In this document: positions 18,467-26,144 of the stretch, in pieces
Position numbering within the stretch: the first letter of the stretch is position 1
How the letters are laid out: the number at the start of each line of letters is the position of its first letter
Virus record (IMG/VR): IMGVR_UViG_3300046710_000544
Coordinates: 1 to 29,931 of that record
Length of the DNA stretch: 29,931 nt
Direction: 5' to 3' (one strand)
Source: a virus
Taxonomy: Duplodnaviria; Caudoviricetes
Program-made: the position numbers and the translations under genes
Notes under the pieces: generated by a model
Databases searched by the model: none
The model's input: the letters and a program-made list of their open reading frames with translations, nothing else
What the model was told of the DNA's origin: nothing

Positions 18467-20029
18467 ATGCCTGAAAATAGTCCACGCTTAGGTATTCCGC
18501 GGCCCCTTGGGAACGAAAACGTTACTCGGGCAAATTACCGGGCGGCACTGGATGCAATCGATGAGAATGCTGCGAAAGAATTAGACCTTGCTGCTCATTT
18601 GGCCGATAATGTGCCACATATACCTTACGCAATCGCATCAGGTTCGGCAAACACATATGCGGTGACTCTTAACCCGGCGCCTACTTCTTACACCGAGGGC
18701 ATGGCCATTGCCGTTAAGATTAATATTGATAATACTGGGGCGTCAACGATTAATGTTAACAACCTCGGCGCAAAAGGCATAAAAAAACCAAACGGGAACG
18801 ATGTGTCGGCTGGCAATTTGAAGAATGGCAGTATTTACACGCTGAGGCACAACGGTACAAATTTTATTGTACAGGGTGAAGGAGCAAGCGGCGACGCGAC
18901 AGCATCCGACCTTCTCTCTGGTAAAAAAGCTTCGGTGGATGCTGGGGATATAACAGGGACTATGCCCAATAAGGTTGGCTCAGCGACAGTTCTTACTCCA
19001 GGCACAGCGGATCAGGCTGTACCACAAGGATATTATGGTGGTGCGGTTGGTGACGGTAAAGTACTTGGCGACGCCGATTTAGTTGCAGCTAAGATTAAGT
19101 CAGGGGTTAATATATTTGGTGTTGCGGGTACTGTAGTTGAGGCAACAGGAGATGCTGTAGTTGCCGATGTTCTTGCGGGCAAAGTATTTAGTAAGGCGGG
19201 TTCCGCGGGGTTGACAGGTACAATGGTAGACAGGGGTACGGTTAATATTACACCAGGTACAGGTAACCAATCAATAACAGCAGGCAAACATAGTGGCGCT
19301 GGTGTTGTATATGGCGACGCCGATTTGGCGGCTGGTAACATTAGAGCAGGTGTAAATATTTTTGGGGTAGTAGGTGCAACTGCTATTATGAATACTGCGG
19401 GAGTAAATGCTACAGCTGGTATAATATTAACTGGTTATAATGCTTGTGTACAAGGAGCAGTAGTTACAGGTACAATGCCTTTTCGTGGTGGAGTTGGTAT
19501 AACTCCAGGTGCGGGCGATCAGGCAATAGTAGCAGGTTACCATGATGGTAGTGGTTTGGTGTATGGTGATGCTGATTTAATAGCTTCAAATATTAAGTCT
19601 ACTGCTAATATTTTTAATGTAGCAGGTACTTGTCATGGTGCAGCTGCAGGACCTTCAGAAAGTGCACTTTTTACGGGTCACCCCGATAACCACCTGATAT
19701 CAAGCTTAACCTATCGTCAAATGACTGAACTAGGGTCAATAACAGCTCAAGTTAATGGTGCGATACGTATTAAAACAATGTTACATCTGAACGATTCAGG
19801 ACGAGATGCTTGGCTCCGGATACGCAAAAATGGAGTAGAAGTTGGAACTGAGCATTATAGTACATCAGGAGGAGATTGGGTATATAGCGATGACATTGCA
19901 TGTGCAATTGGTGATGTGTTTACAGTTTGGGCACGTATTGCGAACCTCAGTTATGATTGCTCGGCGGGTACTTTTTATGCTTGTGGATCATGGTCTTGTT
20001 ACGATACGATTGCAACATATTCGGCCTAA
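18467..20029 (+). CDS. Tail fibre / receptor-binding protein
   Basis: Follows the baseplate; NTGASTINVN.LGAK.IKK domain, three Gly-rich shaft repeats, distinct C-terminal domain. Confidence 0.85.
   Translation: MPENSPRLGIPRPLGNENVTRANYRAALDAIDENAAKELDLAAHLADNVPHIPYAIASGSANTYAVTLNPAPTSYTEGMAIAVKINIDNTGASTINVNNLGAKGIKKPNGNDVSAGNLKNGSIYTLRHNGTNFIVQGEGASGDATASDLLSGKKASVDAGDITGTMPNKVGSATVLTPGTADQAVPQGYYGGAVGDGKVLGDADLVAAKIKSGVNIFGVAGTVVEATGDAVVADVLAGKVFSKAGSAGLTGTMVDRGTVNITPGTGNQSITAGKHSGAGVVYGDADLAAGNIRAGVNIFGVVGATAIMNTAGVNATAGIILTGYNACVQGAVVTGTMPFRGGVGITPGAGDQAIVAGYHDGSGLVYGDADLIASNIKSTANIFNVAGTCHGAAAGPSESALFTGHPDNHLISSLTYRQMTELGSITAQVNGAIRIKTMLHLNDSGRDAWLRIRKNGVEVGTEHYSTSGGDWVYSDDIACAIGDVFTVWARIANLSYDCSAGTFYACGSWSCYDTIATYSA
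18890..19630 (+). repeat. Three ~82-aa shaft repeats in the tail fibre
   Basis: TGTM...TPG..DQ.I..G...G.G.V.GDADL.A..I....NIF.V.G occurs three times. Confidence 0.85.
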
Positions 20030-20043
20030 AGGAGGTAATTTAG

Positions 20044-20253
20044 ATGAAGATTAGCATACAGTTTCAGGAAGATTCAGAAATCCAGGAGATATTAGAAGCT
20101 AATTTGGATAAAGCACCGGTTGAGTGTCAACATCATTTAGACGGTAGTTTTTTGGTGTTTGAAACAGAACCTACGGTAGCACAGGCTTATTTCAAATTGA
20201 TAGGAGAGATAAAAACTATTAAGGATGATATCGCGATTATTAAGTCCAAGTAA
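20044..20253 (+). CDS. Small protein, probable tail fibre assembly chaperone
   Basis: Strong RBS AAAGGAGGT; 69 aa directly after the fibre; C-terminal coiled-coil-like segment. Confidence 0.55.
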   Translation: MKISIQFQEDSEIQEILEANLDKAPVECQHHLDGSFLVFETEPTVAQAYFKLIGEIKTIKDDIAIIKSK

Positions 20254-20431
20254 AAATGCCACAATAATAATTGATGAACAAGAATATTTGGTTGACATGA
20301 TACAATCAGATACCTGTGAGGGATGCAAAAAGGGGGTATTTGACCTTATCACCACAAAAGGAAAATACGATAACGTGAAAGTGAAGTGTTTAGGAGCAGA
20401 AGACCATGTGTTAGATCTTCAAATGACATAA
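20225..20431 (+). CDS. Hypothetical protein, possibly a degenerate remnant
   Basis: 68-aa ORF overlapping the previous gene; no well-spaced RBS. Confidence 0.25.
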   Translation: MISRLLSPSKNATIIIDEQEYLVDMIQSDTCEGCKKGVFDLITTKGKYDNVKVKCLGAEDHVLDLQMT

Positions 20432-20670
20432 GGTCTTCTACGCTTTAGTCTGCTTTAATAAAAAGGTAATTTTATGTTTGAAGCACAGACGCGTGAATGG
20501 AATAGGTTCATGGAATTGCCTGTTTAACCTCAGCAGAAGACTATGTGCATATCCTAACACCTATTCACTTTGGCCTTATAATGAGTGGACTTGATAGTGC
20601 CAGTGACTTTGTTGCAACTATTGAGTATTTTAGGGTAACCTATTAATTTTAAAAACGAGGAGTGATTTGA

Positions 20671-21078
20671 ATGTCAAACGCATTGTACGGCAAAGGAAGA
20701 CAGAAGTTTTTGGAAGGTACCTTCCATTGGTTAACAGACGACTTCAAGGCAGTCCTGGTTGATCTTGCAGATTATACCCTGCAGATTGACGTCCACGAGT
20801 TTTTATCCGACATTCCTGCAGGAGCAAGGGTAGCAACTTCAGGCATCCTGGGAACCAAAACCTCTACCCTGGGAGTGGCAGACGCGGCCAATGCAACCTT
20901 TAGTGCAGTTACCGGAGATGTGAGCGAAGCTATTGTTGTTTATAAGGATACAGGAGATGCTGCGACTTCACCCCTGGTTGCCTACATTGATTCGGCAACT
21001 GGACTGCCGGTAACCCCGAATGGTGGGGATATTACGGTACAGTGGGACGACGGAGCCAACAAAATCTTTAAGTTATAA
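20671..21078 (+). CDS. Small virion structural protein (minor tail/fibre subunit-like)
   Basis: MSNALYGKGRQKFL...GVADAA..F.AVTG...EAIVVYKDTG..ATSPLVAYID.ATGLPVTPNGGDI.V.WD.GANKIFKL resembles a phage minor structural family I recall from diverse hosts; RBS GAGGAG. Confidence 0.7.
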   Translation: MSNALYGKGRQKFLEGTFHWLTDDFKAVLVDLADYTLQIDVHEFLSDIPAGARVATSGILGTKTSTLGVADAANATFSAVTGDVSEAIVVYKDTGDAATSPLVAYIDSATGLPVTPNGGDITVQWDDGANKIFKL

Positions 21079-21107
21079 AGGAGGGAAAAGAAAGGGGGTA
21101 GGCCCCT

Positions 21108-22790
21108 TTGTCATTACAACAGGTTAGATACGCAGGATCTAATGCACTAATTACAACGGGCTGGACAAACCCAAACAACGCGCACGCGGACGATACGGCT
21201 TTCGCGACTTGTGCACCCGCAAAAAGCAGCCATGTGATCACTGACTATTACAATTTCGGTTTTTCCATCCCGACCGGATCGACGATCAACAGCGTAACCT
21301 TCGAAATGCTTTACAACTCCGACACAACCGGAAGCACAGCGGCAGATATTTCACTCCAGCCTATCCTTAACACGACGCTGCGCGGGACTGAACTTGTGGG
21401 AAGTATGAACCTTTCCGAGACCGTCGTGAGCAGTGCGCTTGCCGGGACCTGGAGTGTTGCTGAAATAAACGACAATACTCAGGCTGGCGGGATGAAGTTA
21501 AGGCTTTCGGGATACAGGAAAACTTCTAATACCGCGATAACCTGGTCGTGCGATTATGTCAAGGTCACGGTTGATTATACGCCTCCGACGCAGAATATCA
21601 CCGGGGCAGGGAATATCGGATCTGCTGAGGTTTTCGGATCTCCGACGCTTACGCCGGGAGCGGTAACGGTTACGCCGTCAGGTATTGGTTCGGGCGAAGC
21701 GTTTGGGACTCCAACGGTTTCGTTTCCTCCACAAACGGTCTATCCAACAGGCATTGCAGGCATTGAGGCTTTTGGAACAGTAACGATAATGCCTGGATCT
21801 GTTTCGATAGTATCATCGGGCATAGTTAGTGGTGGGGCCTTCGGAAATGTAAGTCTAATACCTGGACCGGTTGCATTAATTCCGGCAGGCATTGGAACAG
21901 CAGAAGCCTTTGGTACGGGAAAGGTTAATCAAGCCGTATTGCCTGTTAGCGTAGCAAGTACTGAATCCGTCAGTAGCCCAACGCTAATCCCTGGAACGGT
22001 AGTCGTCAGTCCTACAGGCATTGCAAGTACAGAAGCCGTTAATACTCCTACGATAATTCCCGGTTCAGTTATTGTTAACCCAACGGGTATTATAAGTGCC
22101 GAAGCAGTCAGTAATCCTGCGGTAACTCCTGGTACAGTTATTATCAGCCCAGGAGGAATAGCAAGTGAAGGATCTGTCAATAATCCAACTTTAATACCGG
22201 GAACAGTCTCCGTTAATCCAACAGGAATTGCCGGAGCAGAATCCTTCGGTAATTTAACGATAATCCCTGGCACAGTTTCAATATTTCCAGCCGGGATAAT
22301 TAGTGCAGAGGAATTTGGAGTACCTAAAGTCCTGGTGGCAGGATCATTCATAAGCCCTGCCGGGATTGCAAGTGCCGAAGCCTTTGGTTTTCCAACGGCG
22401 AACCCCGGATCGGCTATTGTTAACCCTGCCGGAATTGCAAGTGCCGAAGCCTTTGGGGTACTAGAAATTATGCCTGGAGCAGTAACATTGCTTCCTGGTG
22501 GGATTGCTAGTGTAGAAGCCTTCGGGACACCGGAGATCATATCGACGATATTGCCAGATGGAATCGCTTCGGCAGAAGCCTTTGGGATACCTATATTATC
22601 CTGGCCTATGGTAATAGCCTTATCTAGCATAGTTTCCGTAGAGGTCTTCGGGTCGATAACAATTATTCGGAGATCGCCATATTATTTAAGCGTCCAAGTC
22701 TTGTCGGACCCGCTAACAACAACAGCGCTACCGGAGGCTTTGAATACTGCTGCCTCTCCTGAAGTGCTAACCGTGGAGGAGCTGATCTAA
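21108..22790 (+). CDS. Repeat-rich fibre/scaffold protein: N-terminal beta-rich domain plus ~16 x 23-aa repeats
   Basis: N-terminal ~158 aa ending WSCDYVKVTVDY, then tandem PG.V.V.P.GIASAEAFG.P.I repeats; TTG start. Confidence 0.75.
   Translation: MSLQQVRYAGSNALITTGWTNPNNAHADDTAFATCAPAKSSHVITDYYNFGFSIPTGSTINSVTFEMLYNSDTTGSTAADISLQPILNTTLRGTELVGSMNLSETVVSSALAGTWSVAEINDNTQAGGMKLRLSGYRKTSNTAITWSCDYVKVTVDYTPPTQNITGAGNIGSAEVFGSPTLTPGAVTVTPSGIGSGEAFGTPTVSFPPQTVYPTGIAGIEAFGTVTIMPGSVSIVSSGIVSGGAFGNVSLIPGPVALIPAGIGTAEAFGTGKVNQAVLPVSVASTESVSSPTLIPGTVVVSPTGIASTEAVNTPTIIPGSVIVNPTGIISAEAVSNPAVTPGTVIISPGGIASEGSVNNPTLIPGTVSVNPTGIAGAESFGNLTIIPGTVSIFPAGIISAEEFGVPKVLVAGSFISPAGIASAEAFGFPTANPGSAIVNPAGIASAEAFGVLEIMPGAVTLLPGGIASVEAFGTPEIISTILPDGIASAEAFGIPILSWPMVIALSSIVSVEVFGSITIIRRSPYYLSVQVLSDPLTTTALPEALNTAASPEVLTVEELI
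21590..22667 (+). repeat. Tandem ~69-bp (23-aa) degenerate repeat, about 16 copies
   Basis: Two adjacent near-identical copies CCCTGCCGG(G/A)ATTGCAAGTGCCGAAGCCTTTGG at ~22355 and ~22424. Confidence 0.9.
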
Positions 22791-23081
22791 ATGCAGGCTG
22801 ATGTTTTTGATTCTAAAGATATGTACCGCGGCACAGTGCTGCAAAAAGGGATCCAGGTATCAAGAAGCGATGGGCAGGCTTTGGTCATTAGCAGCGCCAC
22901 GCATCAGATCTTTGACTGGGCTGGGACCTCTCAGGGGAATGCTGTGGCGGCCATGGTAGATGGAGGCAGGGTCTATGCCAACATTGCAGCTGGTAACGCT
23001 GCCGGCGGTAGGTACTTGGAGTTCACGTATGTGATTGGGAGTTGGACCGGTAAGGCCAGGCTGAAGTACAGTGTGATTTAA
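22791..23081 (+). CDS. Small beta-sandwich-like structural protein, possible fibre adaptor
   Basis: 96 aa, starts immediately after the stop of the repeat protein; alternating hydrophobic pattern YLEFTYVIG. Confidence 0.5.
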   Translation: MQADVFDSKDMYRGTVLQKGIQVSRSDGQALVISSATHQIFDWAGTSQGNAVAAMVDGGRVYANIAAGNAAGGRYLEFTYVIGSWTGKARLKYSVI

Positions 23082-23098
23082 ACTACATTATTCCACGT

Positions 23099-23131
23099 GA
23101 AATAACTTGCCGCCAAGGGGCGGTTATTTTT
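23099..23131 (+). terminator. Intrinsic terminator between the tail/fibre module and the lysis cassette
   Basis: AAATAACTTGCCGCC-AAGG-GGCGGTTATTTTT. Confidence 0.6.
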
Positions 23132-23154
23132 GTTACCAGGGGGTGGAATTATCA

Positions 23155-23382
23155 TTGACCGCAACAAATATGCACATGAGGGGACAATCACATAACGAGG
23201 ATTGTTGCTCTGAAATCAAAGTCGTGCTTGATCGTACAGACAAAATTCAGGATGAGTTGAAGGACGTATGGAGCGCGGTCAATGGTATTCGCAATAGGTT
23301 GCCCAACTGGGCGACTTTTGTTTTTAGCTTCCTTATGTTTCTCTTGGGGATACTTGCTACTCTTGCATTAAAAGCGGGGTGA
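23155..23382 (+). CDS. XhlA-like lysis protein (coiled coil plus one C-terminal TM helix)
   Basis: TDKIQDELKDVW..V..IRNRLPNWATFVFSFLMFLLGILATL; TTG 23155 follows GGGGTGG, whereas the track start 23107 lies inside the terminator. Confidence 0.55.
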   Translation: MTATNMHMRGQSHNEDCCSEIKVVLDRTDKIQDELKDVWSAVNGIRNRLPNWATFVFSFLMFLLGILATLALKAG

Positions 23383-23386
23383 TAAC

Positions 23387-23848
23387 TTGTACTCTAGCTT
23401 TTCCAGCCTGTTGATCCCCTTTGTAGGGCTTGTCATCCTCTCTGTGATGGCCGACAAACTGACCTATGCTATCCAACTTGGTATGATAAAAATCCCGTGG
23501 TTGCCTGACAAAATCGAGAAGCCTATTGCATACCTGATTGTTTTTGCAGTAGGCTTTGTCGCTTGTTGGAGAGGTCATTACTCATTATTCAGCGCGCTTG
23601 AATTTACATTTGACCACGAATACGAGGGGTGGATATTTACCGCTCTGGTTGTGTCTGGTGGCAGTAAATTCCTGCGGGAAGCGTCTGAAAATATGGATGT
23701 CCTGCCAGGGTTTTTGACTAATACATACGGCGCGGCACGGCGCATTGTTACCGGTGTCACACAAACAGGAGGCACGACAACGACAACCACAAAACAGACT
23801 ACACAGGCACAAGCAACACAACCACTTGAAGGGAGGGATTCATTATGA
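23387..23848 (+). CDS. Putative holin
   Basis: About three hydrophobic segments, FTALVVSGGSKFL, Thr-rich tail; ATGA overlap with the endolysin. Confidence 0.65.
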   Translation: MYSSFSSLLIPFVGLVILSVMADKLTYAIQLGMIKIPWLPDKIEKPIAYLIVFAVGFVACWRGHYSLFSALEFTFDHEYEGWIFTALVVSGGSKFLREASENMDVLPGFLTNTYGAARRIVTGVTQTGGTTTTTTKQTTQAQATQPLEGRDSL

Positions 23849-24195
23849 TTTCCAAGCATTTCAGCGAGGATGAACTAGCCTGCCGGTGCGGGTGCGGGCA
23901 GATGATCGTCGATGTTCCTCTGATTGGCATACTGGAGGGCATTAGAGCGCGGTTCCTGCGCCCGATAACCGTTTACAGCGGTAACAGATGTCCTGCCCAC
24001 AATGCCGATTGTGGTGGCGTGGGTGACAGCCAACACCTATATGGCAAGGCGGCAGATATTAGCGTCAGCGGGATTGACCTTGACAGCATAGCGAGAGCAG
24101 CTGAACAGGTGGGCGCGGACGGGATAGGAATCTACCGTGGGCAGGGTTTTGTACACGTAGATTCCCGCGGCGAAATGGCGCGCTGGGAAGGCTAA
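23845..24195 (+). CDS. Endolysin, peptidase M15A family Zn peptidase, catalytic domain only
   Basis: HFS..ELACRCGCG, SGNRCPAHN..GG...SQHLYGKAADI, GIGIY...FVHVDSRG..ARW. Confidence 0.9.
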   Translation: MISKHFSEDELACRCGCGQMIVDVPLIGILEGIRARFLRPITVYSGNRCPAHNADCGGVGDSQHLYGKAADISVSGIDLDSIARAAEQVGADGIGIYRGQGFVHVDSRGEMARWEG

Positions 24196-24212
24196 AACAA
24201 GGGGGTGCTCAC

Positions 24213-24347
24213 GTGCGGTGTCCTGAATGTGAGGCCGGCATGATGCCTATCGCTAACCCGCAGCGGAAGCGACTCTGGTGGTGTACTCAGTGCGAGATAG
24301 AGTACGACGCGAGAGCTAAAACTATTACGCCGGCTAAAAAGGAGTGA
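24213..24347 (+). CDS. 44-aa zinc-ribbon protein (below the ORF track cut-off)
   Basis: RBS AAGGGGGTG, GTG start; MRCPECEAGMMPIANPQRKRLWWCTQCEIEYDARAKTITPAKKE has two CxxC pairs and fills the gap between neighbouring genes. Confidence 0.7.
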   Translation: MRCPECEAGMMPIANPQRKRLWWCTQCEIEYDARAKTITPAKKE

Positions 24348-24351
24348 TTAT

Positions 24352-24561
24352 TTGATCTGGACATGGCTCATAACCATAGCAGCCATCATAGGCGTGGTGG
24401 CCAACATCTACAAGAAGCCCTGGTGCTTCGGGATCTGGTTGGGGACAAATCTTGCGTGGGCATTCATCGACTTTAAGGCCGGGCTTTTTGCCCAGGCTTT
24501 TTTATTTGCCGTTTACGCTGTGCTTGCAGTTTGGGGATTAATACAATGGAGGAAAGGGTGA
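24352..24561 (+). CDS. Half-size (3-TM) PnuC/NMN-transporter-like membrane protein
   Basis: KK.WCF.IWL.TN..W..IDF..GL.AQ..LF.VY..LA.WG...W matches the PnuC three-helix repeat pattern; RBS AAGGAG. Confidence 0.7.
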   Translation: MIWTWLITIAAIIGVVANIYKKPWCFGIWLGTNLAWAFIDFKAGLFAQAFLFAVYAVLAVWGLIQWRKG

Positions 24562-24688
24562 TGGCCATGAAACGCCCTCGAAGTATGAAGCACTCTTTTG
24601 GGTAAAGCTGTACTGTTTACGCGAACAAATTAAGCCTCTGCCCTGGTGGAAGAGGTTACTACAAATAATAATCCGGAGGTTTTGAAAA

Positions 24689-25057
24689 ATGATAGATCTT
24701 AGACTTGCATTTGCATTTTTATTGGCCATGTTTGACCCTGCTGTGATGCTGGCTTTGAAAATAGCGTTCTTTGCCATTGTCGGGGATGCGGTGATTACCT
24801 GGATTCTGGCCATAGCCAAAGGAGAGTTTCAGGGCAGCCTGATACTGAAATTTATAAAGACGAGCCTTTTGCCATACTTCGGGACACTGTTTATATTGTC
24901 GCTTTTGACCCTGGCGGATGCCAATTACAAGCCCATATTTTTTGTAATGTCAACCATCGTTACAACCGCATTTGGATATGAGGTATTAAAGGACAAACTG
25001 GTACAATACTTTAAGCCGGCGAATGAGCCGCCTGACGGAATAACTAAATATAATTAA
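24689..25057 (+). CDS. Second holin-like membrane protein
   Basis: Three to four TM segments, D.....LAIAKGEF....LKF....LLPY; RBS GGAGG; last gene of the late operon. Confidence 0.55.
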   Translation: MIDLRLAFAFLLAMFDPAVMLALKIAFFAIVGDAVITWILAIAKGEFQGSLILKFIKTSLLPYFGTLFILSLLTLADANYKPIFFVMSTIVTTAFGYEVLKDKLVQYFKPANEPPDGITKYN

Positions 25058-25067
25058 GAGAAATAAC

Positions 25068-25095
25068 AGCCCTGCTCTCCGGAGTGGGGCTTTTC
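25068..25095 (+). terminator. Terminator ending the late operon
   Basis: AGCCCTGCTC-TCCG-GAGTGGGGCT followed by TTT. Confidence 0.75.
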
Positions 25096-25152
25096 TGTTT
25101 TACCATGGGAACCTGGAGGAGAAGCCCGCCAGACTATAATAATTGGTATTAA

Positions 25153-25896
25153 TTATTTATTTTCAGAAATCAAAGTAAAAAAATATACTACTTCCTTACC
25201 AAGTGAAGTTATAAAATATGAAAAATGGTTAGGGACTTGCGGACTTCTTTGATTATATTTGCCAAATCTTTTAGCTAATTCACTAAAAAATTCTTCATGT
25301 TTTATGAGCCTATCTGATTCCAACAATCTTAAATCCTCTAACTTATTCTTAATATATTCATAGTCACCATGCGATAAGTTTCTGGATTCTAAATATTTAT
25401 CGTAACCATCAAGAGTATCATCGTAATTACCTGTATAATAGTCTAATAAGATTATCATATCTATATGTCTAAGCCTATCTAATATATCATAGTATTCAAT
25501 AATCTTACTTTCACTTATTGTTTCATCTAATTGAAGTATACTAACAAAACCATTTGCCATAAATTCAATTTTAGATGTTTCCTTCTCATCAATTACATAA
25601 TCGCAGATTAACCCAGCAAATTTTTCCTTAATCAATGTTTTACGGCTGACATGCAAAGTATCCCATCTATTTTGTAGAATATCAATTTTATTGCTCAATT
25701 GACTTATTATTTCAAAAATATTTCTTTCCATTCTTTTTTGTTTGTAACTTAATACAACAGCAGGGATACCTGGCAAAAATGTACCAACAAAGCCATCGAT
25801 AAATACTTCACCAACAAATGAAGCCCCTATTGCAAGACCAGATTCTGTAACACTCTTGGATAAATCATCCAAATTTTTTTTTAAGTTTTTGAACAT
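25153..25896 (-). CDS. Abi-alpha/DUF4393-like accessory protein
   Basis: Hydrophobic N-terminal segment, EKE.SKI...AN, YDILDRL...D..IL, KLE.L.LL, C-terminal YFITSLGKEVVYFF; very AT-rich. Confidence 0.5.
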   Translation of the reverse strand: MFKNLKKNLDDLSKSVTESGLAIGASFVGEVFIDGFVGTFLPGIPAVVLSYKQKRMERNIFEIISQLSNKIDILQNRWDTLHVSRKTLIKEKFAGLICDYVIDEKETSKIEFMANGFVSILQLDETISESKIIEYYDILDRLRHIDMIILLDYYTGNYDDTLDGYDKYLESRNLSHGDYEYIKNKLEDLRLLESDRLIKHEEFFSELAKRFGKYNQRSPQVPNHFSYFITSLGKEVVYFFTLISENK

Positions 25897-26105
25897 AATA
25901 ATATATCATCTCCGAATAAAGTATTTTGAACCAATAAATAACTCATATTTATAAATTTATATTTCAATACAAAATATCCTTTTTTTACTTTACTTGATCT
26001 ATGATAGTAATTTGACCGCACTCACAGCCGCAAGAGATAAAGGCGAAACCTTTCTGTTTTTAGCAGAGCCAGTGCCTAGGCCCGAGATAGGACATTACAT
26101 GTGAA

Positions 26106-26144
26106 ACAAAACCCCCGGATAAATCCGGGGGTTTTGTGTTTTTT
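26106..26144. terminator. Bidirectional intrinsic terminator
   Basis: Perfect 15-bp inverted repeat ACAAAACCCCCGGAT-AA-ATCCGGGGGTTTTGT with A/T tracts on both sides. Confidence 0.85.

Larger units (their letters stand above)
1748..25095 (+). mobile_element. Prophage late region (packaging, HK97-type head, PBSX/Xkd-type contractile tail, lysis); element probably extends beyond both ends
   Basis: More than 30 co-oriented, tightly packed genes in canonical terminase-portal-protease-capsid-neck-sheath-tube-TMP-baseplate-fibre-holin-endolysin order; no integrase or att site in the window. Confidence 0.95.

Noticed and set aside
10741-20253. Tailocin / PBSX-like headless particle
   Set aside because: A complete terminase, portal, protease, capsid and neck set is present
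702-20355. Many 60-170 aa antisense or alternate-frame ORFs inside structural genes (e.g. 12304-12783, 15686-16126, 17831-18340)
   Set aside because: They overlap well-supported genes and have no recognisable motifs
21929-22630. 233-aa minus-strand ORF
   Set aside because: Antisense shadow of the repeat protein, whose low-complexity codons suppress stops; no RBS or independent evidence
21590-22667. CRISPR array
   Set aside because: The 69-bp period is an in-frame, degenerate coding repeat with no repeat-spacer structure and no cas genes
18467-22790. Diversity-generating retroelement or invertible fibre cassette
   Set aside because: No reverse transcriptase or invertase in the window, and I found no TR/VR pair or flanking inverted sites by eye
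24538-24819. 93-aa minus-strand ORF in the lysis cassette
   Set aside because: Antisense to better-supported membrane protein genes
26035-26100. c-di-GMP-I riboswitch or twister ribozyme resemblance (AAAGGCGAAACC; GCCAGTGCCTAGGCCCG)
   Set aside because: The GACGCAAAG/P2 elements and the twister pseudoknot pairings cannot be built; kept only as a generic sRNA candidate
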